Part shown: piece after piece, positions 12,404 to 23,100 of the stretch
Numbering within the stretch: position 1 is the first letter of the stretch
How the letters are laid out: the number at the start of each line of letters is the position of its first letter
Origin: Squalus acanthias
Lineage: Eukaryota
Assembly (NCBI GenBank): GCA_030390025.1
Contig: CM059431.1
Coordinates: 153,390,001-153,454,000 of the forward strand
Direction of reading: 5' to 3'
DNA: 64,000 bases
The notes under the pieces: model-generated
Told to the model about the DNA's origin: nothing
What the model saw: only the letters and a program-made list of their open reading frames with translations
Database searches by the model: none
Position numbers and translations under genes: made by a program

Positions 12404-13714
12404 TATCTCTTTAAAAGGGGTCCTTGATGGAATCACTCGCTCTTTAAAAGGCATCTCTGATGCTGAGACTCCCTCTTTAATCGGATTGCCGGATGCTAAA
12501 ACAACCTCTTTAAAGGGGACCCAGATGTCGAGACTGCCTTCTGAAATTATGTCCCTGTTGGTGAGAATCCCTCTTTAAAAATGGGACCCTGATGGCGAAA
12601 CTCTATCTTTAAAAGTGTCCCGGATAGAAAGACGCCCTCTTTATAATGGGTCCCTGATGGTGAGACTCTCTCTTTATTAGGCTTCCCTGATGGTGATGCA
12701 GCCCCGTTAAAAGGGGTCCCCGATACAAAAACTCTCTCTTTAAAAGGGGTGCATTAAGGTGAGACTCGTCTTTAAAATGGGTCCCTAATGGTGAGACACC
12801 CTCTTTAAAAGGGGTCCCTGAGTGTGAGGGTCCCTCTTTAAAATGGACCCCTGATGGTGAAAATCTCTCTTTAAAAGGGGTTCCCCAAAGAAAGACTCTC
12901 TCTTTAAAAGTGAACCCAGCTGTCAAAAATCTGTTTTTAAAAGGGGTCCATGATGGGGAGGCTGCCTCTTTAAAAGGTGTCCCTGATGGTGAGACTCCCT
13001 CTTTAACAGGGATCCCTGTTGGTTAGACTCCATCTGTAATAGTCGCCCCTCATGCTGAAACACCATCTTAAAAAGGATTCTCTGATAGAAAGACACCCTC
13101 TTTAAAAGGGATCCCTGATAGAAAGGCTCTCTCTTTATAAGGGGTCCTTGATGGTGAGACTTCCTATTTAAAAGGAATCCCCGATGGTGAGACACCCCCT
13201 TTAAAAGGGGTCACTGATAGAAAGACTCTCTCTTTAAAAGGGGTCCTTAATAATGAGACAACCTCTTTAATAGGATCCCTAATGGAGAGACTCTCTCGTT
13301 TAAAAGGGGTTACTGACGGTGAGCCTCACTCTTTGAAATGGTTCGCTGATGGTAAGACTCCCTCTTTAAAAGAGGTCCCTGATGGTGATACTCACTCTTT
13401 AAATGGAGTCCCTGATGGTAAGACTTCATTAAAGGGCACCCTGATAGAAAGACCCTCGGTTTAAAAGGGGTCCCTGATGGCGAAACTCTCTCTTTAAAAG
13501 GGTTCCCTGATGGTAAGACTACTATAAAGGGATCCCTGGTAGAAAGACCCTCGGTTTAAAAGGGGTCGCTAATGGCGAAACTCTCTCTTTAAAAGGGTTC
13601 ACTGATGATGAGACTCCCTCTTTAAAAGGGGTCCCTGATGGCGAAACACACTCTTTAAAAGGGGATCCTGATAGTGTGACTCTATATTTAAAATGTGTCC
13701 CTGATGGAGAGACT
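12404..13714 (-). repeat. 33-bp satellite, minus orientation
   Basis: Reads CCCTGATGGTGAGACTCCCTCTTTAAAAGGGGT on the + strand. Confidence 0.95.
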
Positions 13715-14517
13715 ATGGCACTAATTATCGGCACTGACAGGAAACTTCACTTTTACCGCCCCGGGAGGTGAGTGGAGCGCTAAATTAGGCGCTGCACACC
13801 TCTCTTAAGGCGCAAAGGCCTAGGAGTGAGGCGCTAACTCAGCGCACGAGCGCAGCGCAGCTGCTGCCAGTTAGCGAGGGAACACAGACACACTGGCGCC
13901 GGACACTTCTTAAAGCGGGGGGGGCCACTTGCTCCCCAGCCACACCCTGCTCATTGCAGCCTTGAATCTCAGCCTGGAGAGACCTGTAATCCATTATGCT
14001 GCCAAGCATGGAGAGGGTGAGAGAACGCGCTCATCGCTTCACCGAGCGGGCCTTGGATGCTCTGGTTGACGCAGTGGAGCGCAGACGATGCATGCTGTTC
14101 CCAGAGAGTGGCAGGAGGCCTTTGCCACGCGAGTTCAGAAGAGTGTGGAGGGAGGTGGCTCAGAGCGTCTCCTCCAGGAGCATGGTGCCCAGGACCCATG
14201 TCCAGTGCCGCAAAAAGTTCAACGACCTCACTCGGGTCGTCAGGGTGAGTGGCTTTTTCTCAATACCTCTCCATCCCTCCATCTCAACCTCACTCTATGG
14301 CCAGAGGGTCTTAAAACCCCAATGCACAACACTCATCCAACACCTATGGCCCTTTCATCAAACACACACACACATTCCACACATTGCATACAGTAAGGGC
14401 TATTCACCTATGGGAGGCACATCAGGCAAGACCATGGCTGCATACAGTAAGGGCTACTCACCTATGGGAGGCACATCAGGCAAGACCATGGCTGCATACA
14501 GTAAGGGCTATTCACCT
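13715..14517 (+). mobile_element. Harbinger fragment C (Myb-side subterminal region, exon 1, part of intron 1), no TIR
   Basis: Near-identical reverse complement of about 11560-12340 (MERVRERAHRFTERALDALV...CRKKFNDL). It is truncated at both ends into satellite. Confidence 0.9.
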
Positions 14518-15198
14518 GATGCTGAGATACCCCCTTTAAAAGGGGTCCCTGATAGAATGAGTCGCTCTTCAAAAGGGGTCCCTGATGGTGAGACTCCCTC
14601 TTTAAACGGGGTCCATGATGGTGAGACTCCGTCTTTAAAAGGGGTCCCTAATGGTGAGACACCCTCTTTAAAAGGGGTCCCTGATGGTGAGACTCTCTTT
14701 TTAATAGTGTTCCCTAATGGGGAGACTCTCTAGTTTACAAGGTGTCCCAGATGGTGATGGTCCCACAATATAAGTGGTCCCTGATGGTGAGACTCCCTCT
14801 TTAAAAGGGACTCTGATGGTGAGACCCCCTCTTTAAAAGTGTCTCTGATGGTCAGACTCCCTCTTTGAAAGGGATCCCTAATTGGGAGATTATCTCTCTT
14901 TAAAAGGGGGCCGTGATGATGAGACTCCTCTTTAAAAGTGGTCCCTGATAGAAAGTCTCTCTTTAAAATTGATTCCTGATTGTGAGACTCTCTTTTTAAA
15001 AGGGATCACTGATGGTGAAACTTCCTCTTTATAAATGTTCCCTGATGGTGAGACTCCCTCTTTAAAACATTTCCCTGATACAAATAATCCCTCTTTATAA
15101 GGATCCCTTTTGGTGAGACTCCCTGTTTAAAAGGGCTTCCTGATAGAAAGACCACATCTTTAAAATGGATCCCTGATAGTGAGACTCATTCTTTAAAA
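14518..15198 (-). repeat. 33-bp satellite, minus orientation
   Basis: Same unit, reverse orientation. Confidence 0.93.
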
Positions 15199-15333
15199 GA
15201 AAAAAACCTGTTCAAATACATTCTGTTATTAAGGAAAGAACAGTTAAAATACATATTCATTAGCCGAATGTCAATCATATTCTTAAATCTGTCTCCATAG
15301 ACAATCTCAAAAGATGGCCTGTGGGATACCGAA

Positions 15334-15681
15334 ATGGAGGAACAATACAAGTTGCATTCGTCCACTGTCTTTCAAGACCCAGCTTAGAGCACGACACAGG
15401 AATTGGATTCGATCGAATTACTGACGACGGTCAGCCAGACGGTGGCGCCGACTCCTCCCCACGATGCTTGGCAACGCCTCAGGAATTGGATTAGCAAAAA
15501 GCCACAACCGAAACAAGGAAAGGTCAACGAGTTACTTCAACGAAGGGGGAAAACAGCGCGGTTGTAGAAGGAATCAACTGAGCGCCTGGCAAGGCCTTTA
15601 CGAAAACAAGAACCTGTCCACACGCTGGATCGAAGGAACAGCGTGTCAAGCTTCAGCTATTTCCAAATGACGTCACCTTGA
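15334..15681 (+). pseudogene. Short post-pol ORF of foamy-like ERV (about 115 codons, unknown function)
   Basis: MEEQYKLHSSTVFQDPA*STTQELDSIELL...PTPPHDAWQRLRNWI... Its two internal stops are sense codons in the homologous copy at 57471-57160, and vice versa. Confidence 0.6.
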
Positions 15682-15955
15682 CTCGTATGAATAACTTACC
15701 CCTACAGAACATAGATCTGCCGTTTGGACATTCTAAGTACATGTTGTTTCGCTAATTGCATGAAAATGTACCAATACCCTTTTAAAATGTGTTAAATTTA
15801 AAATAGGGCAAAACATTGTCCTAGGATGACTTAACAGTAATTTTCATGTAGCACATGATTAGGCTCTTGTGAATCTCGTGAAATTAATGTGCTATTGTAC
15901 ACTTATTTGTAAAATGGATCAACTCTGTCTTGCTGCTCGAGCTCATTTTTTGGTC

Positions 15956-15978
15956 AAGAGGGGGGAGGGTGGGGGCGG
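15956..15978 (+). promoter_or_regulatory. Polypurine tract (plus-strand primer)
   Basis: AAGAGGGGGGAGGGTGGGGGCGG lies immediately 5' of the LTR start defined by the solo LTRs. Confidence 0.8.
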
Positions 15979-16487
15979 GGTTAAGGAATAAGCCATATAC
16001 CTATTCAGAAAAATACATCATTCTATGAAAGAATTCTGGCCTTATAAAAACATGACAAACTGGGTTTGGAAATCTAAAAACCTAACAATGGAGAAACTGT
16101 ATTGTTAACAGCATTCTGGCTATGGAGATGGGATGGTTGTTGACACTGAATCAATAACCTTATTGAAACAGAAGGTTGCAGGCTTCTGAAGGTCTGAATC
16201 TTTGGAAAGAAGATAATGGTGCATCCTGGTTATGCTGTTCTAAGTTACACTTCGTAAACAGCACATACAATTAAGAAAAATATGCCTTAATAAAAATGAC
16301 ATCAAGTAAAAGAAACACCTGCCGTCACACTGTTTTTGTGTTAAGCTTCGGACACCTAGGGAAGAGACACGTTTCTAATGCTACCAGCTGATCTGACTGT
16401 AAGAATCGCAGGAGTCAGCAGAAAAATGAATGGAGATAATTAGCTTACATCAGCAGAAAAGCTTAAAGAAATACCACTGAAAAAGAG

Positions 16488-16493
16488 TATAAA
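16488..16493 (+). promoter_or_regulatory. Candidate LTR TATA box
   Basis: TATAAA, also present at the homologous position of the 735-1977 copy. It lies about 40 bp downstream of a conserved CTTACATC motif. Confidence 0.55.
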
Positions 16494-16764
16494 TATTGAA
16501 CTTTCAAATGGGAAAATAGATTCGCTGTAAAGTGGCAAAGCGATTCTCAGGCTTCAGAAGCGGCTCTGTAAGTCTACAACTCTTTGTACCTCGGGGATCA
16601 AGGTACTGTACTACATTTGATTTTGGTGGATATCCTGGAATAAGACTTAGAACTGCTAAACTGTAGCGAAGTTAAGATCTGATAAAAAAAATTGTAAACT
16701 TTCTCTTTTTGGAACTGTTAATGTTGCGATTGAAACACCTACTGTAATTGCTGGTCGGTTCTTT

Positions 16765-16770
16765 AATAAA
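16765..16770 (+). terminator. Candidate LTR polyadenylation signal
   Basis: AATAAA, conserved as TTTATT on the + strand near 45343 in the long solo LTR. Confidence 0.6.
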
Positions 16771-17117
16771 TCTGTATATTTTTTAGAATTGTCTCACATA
16801 ATACTTCTGTATCAAACTCGCAAACTCATCTCTGTATGCTATTTGGTGAGGAGATGCAGAATTCTGGGGGAGTTTTCCGGACCCTCATAATATCTGGAAC
16901 GTTACAGTCTAGCTAAACTTAGTAAAAGTGCTATCTGGAGGACGGTAACATTTTCAGGTTGTTCCTTTCCTTTAGGGAGAGATAGTCCAGAACTTTAGAC
17001 CAAATCAAGCATTTTTAGGATTCGGCTACATCAAATTTTAGTTGAAAGTGAAAAGACTGAGGAATACGCCTGATCTGGGGCAGCCCTAAAGGATCTAGGA
17101 TTGTAATTATCCCTTCA

Positions 17118-20100
17118 CATCAGGGACCCACTTTAAAGAGGGAGTCTCACCATTGGGGACAACTTTTAAAGAGGGAGACTTACCATCAGTGTCCCATTTT
17201 AAAGAGGGAGTCTCACCGTCAGATTCACCCTTGGGGACTCTTTCTATCAGGGACCACTTTTAAAGAGAGACTCCCCATTAGGGACCCCTTTTAAAGCGGC
17301 TCACCATCAGGGAACTCTTTTGAAGAGGGAGTCACACCGTTAGGGAACCCTTTTAAAGAGGCAGTCTCCCGATCAGGGACCCCTTTTAAGGAGAGAGTTT
17401 CGCCATCAGGGACCCCTTTTAAAGAGGGAATCGTTCTGTCAGTGAACCCTTTTAAAGAGTGAGTCTCACCATCAGAGATACATTTTAAAGAGGGAGATTT
17501 TACATCAGGGACTCCTATTAAAATGGGAGTCTCACCATCAGGGACCCCGTTTAAAGGGGGAGTCTCACCATCAGGGAACTCATTTAAATAGGCAGTCTCC
17601 CGATCAGGGACACCTTTTAAAGAGAGAGTTTCGCCATCAGGTCCCCTTTTAAAGAGGGAGTATTTCTATCATGTAGCCCTTTTAAAGTGAGTCTTACCAT
17701 CAGGGACCCCGTTTAAAGAGTGAGTCTCACCATCAGAGATCCCTTTTAAAGAGGGAGATACTACATCAGCGACTCCTATTAAAGTGGGAATCTCACCATA
17801 AGGGAACCCTTTTAAAAAGGGAGTCTCACCATCAGGGAACCCTATTAAAGAGGAAGTCTCCCGATCAGGGACGCCTTTTAAAGAGTGAGTTTCGGCATCA
17901 GGTCCCCTTTTAAAGAAGGAGTCCTCTATCAGGGAGTGCTTTTAAAGAGGGAGTATCAAAATCAGAGAATGTTTTAAAGAGCGAGTCTTTCTATCAGGGA
18001 CCACTTTTAAAGAGAAAGTCTTCCCATCAGGCCCCCTTTTTAAAGATGTAATCTCAACATCAGGGACCACTTTTAAAGGGGAGTCGCAACATCAGTGACC
18101 CATTTTAAAGAGGGATTCCTTCTAACAGGGATCCCTCTTAACAATGGAATCTCACCCTCGGGGACTCTTTTTAAAGAGACAGTCTTTCTATTAGGGACCC
18201 CTTTAAAAGAGAGAGTCTCTCCATTTGAGATCCCTTATAAAGAAGCTCACAATCAGAGACTCTTTTCAAAGAGATTGTTTCAACCTCGTGGACCCATTTT
18301 AAAGAGAGAGCCGATCTGTCCGGGACCTCTTCCAAAGAAGGCGTCTTTCTATCAGGTACCCTTTTAAAGAGAGACTCCCCCATTAGGGAACACATAAAGA
18401 GCCTCACCATCAGTGACCCATTTTTGAACAGGGAGTCTCACCATCAGAGACACATTTTAAAGAGGGAGTCTCACCCTCGGGGAGTTTTTCTATCAGGGAC
18501 CACATTTAAAGAGAGAGCCTCCCCATTAGGGACACCTTTTAAAGCGGCTTACCATCAGTGATCACTTTTAAAAGGGTGTTTCAACATCAGGGACTTCTTT
18601 TAAAGAGGGAGTCTCAACATCAGGTAACCCTTTTAAGAGGCAGTCTCCCGATCAGGGACCTCTTTTAAAGAGAGAGTTTCGCAATCAGGTCCCCTTTTAA
18701 CGATGGAGGTTCGCCATCAGGGACACCTTTTAAAGAGAGAGGTTGGCCATCAGGGACCCCTTTTAAAGAGGGAATCATTTTATCAGGGAGCCCTTTAAAA
18801 GAGAGAGTCTCCCCATCAGGGACACCTTTTAAAGAGGGAGTCTTTCTATCAGGGAGCCCTTTAAAAGTGAGACTTACTTTTAAAGAGTGAGACTCAACAT
18901 CAGAAATCCCTTTTAAAGAGGGAGATTCTACATCAGGGACTCCTATTAAAATGGGAGTCTCACCATCAGGGACCACGTTTAAAGAGGGATTCTCTCCATC
19001 CGGGAACCCTTTTAACGAGGCAGTCTCCCGATCAGGGACGCCTTTGAAAGAGAGAGTTTCGTCATCAGGCCCCTATTTAAAGAGAGAGTTGCGCCATCAG
19101 GGACCCCTTTTAAAGAGGGAGTCTTTCTATCAGGGAGTCCTTTTAAAGCGGGAGTCTCACCAACAGGGAGCTTTTTAAAGAGGGAGTCTTTCTATCAGGG
19201 AGTCCTTTTAAAGTGAATCTTAACATCAGGGACCCCTTTTCAAGAGGGTGTCTCACTATCAGGGACCACTTTTAAAGAGTGAGTGTTCCTATCACGGATC
19301 CCTTTTAAAGAATGCGTCTCATCGTCAGGAACCTTTTAAAGTGGGAATCTGACCATCAGGGACCCTTTTTAAAGAGGGAGTCTCACCATCAGGGACCACT
19401 TTTAAAGGGGAGTCGCAACATCAGAGACCCATTTTAAAGAGAGAGTCTTTCTATCAGGGAGCCTCTTAAAAAGGGAATCTCACCCTCGGGGACTCTTTTT
19501 AAAGAGAACGTATTTCTATTAGGGACCCCTTTAAAAGGGAGAGTCTCTACATTTGGGATCCCATTTAAAGAAGCTCACCATCAGAGACCCCGTTTAAAGA
19601 AGTTGTCTCACACTCGTGGACCCATTTTAAAGAGAGAGAATAACTATCAGGGACCCCTTCAAAAGAGGGCGCCTTTCTATCAGGTACCCCTTTTAAAGAG
19701 AGATTTCCCACAAGAGGGACCACTTTTAAAAAGGCTCATCGTCAGCGTCCCTTTTTAATGAGGGTGTTTCAGCATCAGGGACTCATTTTAAAGGTGGAGT
19801 TTCACTATCAGGGTCTAATTTTAAAGAGGGAGTCTCAACTTTCAGGGGCCCCTTTTAAGAGGGAGTTTCACCATAAGGACCCCTCATAAAGAGTGATTTT
19901 CTCCATCAGGGATCCCTTATAAAGAGGGAGTCTTTCTATCAGGGAGCCCTTTAAAAGTGAGTCTTACCAATAGGGACCCCTTGTAAAGAGGGAGTCTCTT
20001 TCATCAGAGATAACTTTTAAACAGGCAGAGTCTACATCATGGAATTCTATTAAAGTGGGAGTCTCATCATCAGGGATCCATTTTAATGAGATAGTCTCAC

Positions 20101-23100
20101 CATCAGGGAACACTTTTAAAGAGGGAGTCTCACCATCAGGGAACACTTATAAAGAGGGAGTCTCAACATCATGTACCACTTTTAAAGATGATGTCTCAGC
20201 TTCAGGGCCACCTTTTCAAGAGGGTGTCTCATCATCAGGGCCATCTTTTAAAGAGGGAGTCTCACCCTCGGGAATCCATTTTAAAGTGAGAAGATTTCTA
20301 TCATGGACCCCTTTTAAAGATGGAGAATTTCTATCAGGGTACCCTTTTAAAGCGATCTTCCTATTAGGTACACATTTTAAAGAGGGATTCTCTCTATCAG
20401 GGACACCTTTTATAGAGGGAGTGTCTCCATCAGGGACACCTTTTAAAGTGTTTTTCCCCATCAGGAATCTCATTTAAAGAGGGTTTCTCACTATCATGAA
20501 TCACTTTTAAATAGAGAGTGTCACCATCAGAGACACTTTTAAAGAGGGAGAGTTTCTATCAGGGACCCCTTTTAAAGAGGTTGTCTCAACTACAGGTTCC
20601 ATTTTAAAGAGGGTGTCTCATCATCAGGGACATATTTTAAACAGGGAGTCTCACCCTCGGGAATCCATTTTAATGAGTGAGTCTCTCCACCATTGACCCC
20701 ATTTGAAGAGGGAGTCTCACCACCAGGGACCACTTTTAAAGATGGAGTCTGACCATCAGGGACCGCTTTTAAAGATTGAGTTTCAGCATCAGGTACCCCT
20801 TTTAAAGAGGGAGTCTCACCATAAGGATCCCTCTTAAAGAGTGAGTTTCACCATCAGGGATCCCTTTTAAAGAGGGAGTCTTTCTATCAGGGAGCCCTTT
20901 TAAAGAGGGAGACTTTCTATCAGGGAGCCCTTTTAAAGAGTGAGTCTCTCCATCAGGGATCCTTTTTAAAGAGGGTGTCTTTCTATCAGGGATCCCTTTT
21001 AAATTGAGTCTTACCATCAGGGACCCCTTTCAAAGACGGAGATTCTACATCAGGGACTCCTATTAAAATGGGGGTCTCACCATCACGGACCCCGTTTAAA
21101 GATTGAGTCTCACCATCCGTGAAGACTTTTAAAGATGGATATTATATATCAGGGACACCCATTAAAGTGGAGTCTCACCATCAGGGACCCTTTTTAAAGA
21201 GAGAGTCTCACCATCCGGGAACCCTTTTAAAGAGGCAGTCTCCCGATCAGGGATGCCTTTTAAAGAGGGAGTTTCGCCTTCAGGTCAACTTTTAAAGAGG
21301 GAGTCTTTCTTTCAGGGAGTCCTTTTAAAGTGAGTCTTAACATCAGGAACCCCTTTTCAAGAGGGTGTCTCACTATTAGGGACCCCTTTTAAAGAGTGAG
21401 TGTTTCTATCACGGACCCCTTTTAAAGAGGGCGTCTCATCGTCAGGGACCCCTTTTAGAGAGGGAGTCTGACCATCAGGGACCCTTTCTAAATAGGGAGT
21501 ATCAACATCAGGGACCACTTATAATGTGGAGTCGCAACATCAGAGACCCATTTTAAAGAGAGAGTCTTTCTATCAGGGAGCCTTTTAAAAAGGGAATCTC
21601 ACCTTCGGGGAATCTATTTTAAGAGAATGTCTTTCTATTAGAGACCCCTTTAAAAGAGAAAGTCTCTCCATTAGGGACCTCTTTTAAAACGGCTCACCAT
21701 TAGGGTTATTCTTATATTGATGGTGTTTCAGCATCAGGGATCCTTTTTAAAGGTGGAGTCTCACTATCAGGGTCTTATTTTAAAGAGGGAGTTTCACCAT
21801 CAGTGGCCCCGTTTAAAGTGGGAGTCTCACCATAAGGACCCTTCTTAAAGAGTGAGTCTCTCCATCAGGGATCCCTTTTAAAGATGTAGTCTTTCTATCA
21901 GGGAACCCTTTTAAAGTGAGTCTTACCATCAGGTACCCATTTAAAGAGTGAATCTCAACATCACAGATCCCTTTTAAAGAGGGAGCGTCTACATCAGGGA
22001 CTCCTATTCAAATGGGAGTCTCACCATCAGCAATCCCTTTTAAAGAGGGAGTCTCACCATCAGGGAAACATGTTAAAGAGGGAGTCACTCTATCAGGGAC
22101 CACTTTTAAAGAGGGAGAGTCTCCATCAGGGACACCATTTAAAGGGTGTTTCCCCATCAGGGACCTCATTTAAAGAGGGATTCACACTATCATGGACCAT
22201 TTTTAAAGAGACAGTCTTACCATCAGAGTCCCTTTTAAAGAGGGAGACTTTCTATCAGGGACCCATTTTAAAGAGGATGACTCAACTCCTTTTAAAGAGG
22301 GTGTCTCATCATCAGGGACATCTTTTAAAGAAGGAGTCTCACCATCGGGGATTCATTTTAATGAGTGGGTCTCTTCACCATTGGCCCCATTTAAAGAGGG
22401 CGTCTCACCATCAGGGACTCCTTTTAAAGATGGAGTCTGACAAACAGTGTCCCCTTTTAAATAGATAGTCTCACCATCAGGGAACTCTTTGAAAGAGGGA
22501 GTTTCACCATTAGAGACCACTTTTGAAGAGGGACTCTCGCCATAGCGTTCACTTTTAAAGAGAGACTCTCACCATCAGGGACCCCTTTTATTGAGAGAGT
22601 CTCAACATCAGGGACCATTTTAAAGGGAAAGACTTTCTACCAGGGAACACGTTTAAAGAGAGAGTCTCACCATCAGGGACCATTTTAAAGAGAGAGACTT
22701 TCCATCAGGATCACATTTACAGAGCGAATATTTCTATCACGGAACCCTTTTAAAGAGAATCTTCCTATTAGGGATACATTTTAAAGAGAGAGCCAAAACA
22801 TCAGGGACCCCTTTTAAAGAGGGAGTGGCTCCATCAGGTACACCCTTCAAAGAGGGTGTTTCCCCATCAGGGACCAGATTTAAAGATAGAATCTCACCAT
22901 CAGTGGCCCCTTTTAAAGAGGGAGTATCCCCGTCAGGGAGACCTTTTAAAGAGTGAGTGTCTCCACCAGCGACCCCTTTTAATGAGCGAGTTTCAACATC
23001 AGGCACCCTTTTGAAAGAGGGAGTTTCAGCATCATGGGCCGATGTTGCAGAGTAGGCTCTCCATCAGGGATCCCTTTTAAAGAGAGAGTCACACCAACAG

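Larger units (their letters stand above)
15199..17117 (+). mobile_element. 3' fragment of foamy-like ERV: integrase C-terminus, short ORF, PPT, 3' LTR
   Basis: 15199-15645 is the diverged reverse complement of 57160-57605 and encodes KKPVQIHSVIKERTVKIHIH*...KSVSIDNLK. A purine-rich tract follows, then a 1.14-kb sequence homologous to solo LTR 42569-43702. Confidence 0.9.
15979..17117 (+). repeat. 3' LTR, short-U3 subfamily (about 1139 bp)
   Basis: GGTTAAGGAATAAGCC (degenerate TGTGAAGGAATAAGCC) ... ATTATCCCTTCA, with TATAAA at 16488 and AATAAA at 16765. Confidence 0.85.

Noticed and set aside
13996..14733. 245-aa Myb-satellite fusion protein
   Set aside because: The frame runs through intron 1 and across a truncation junction into stop-poor satellite, so it is chance read-through.
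17100..17140. Satellite being an integral part of the LTR or viral genome
   Set aside because: The solo LTRs have TG...CA ends, and AGAC is duplicated on both sides of a split satellite unit. The satellite is the target, not cargo.
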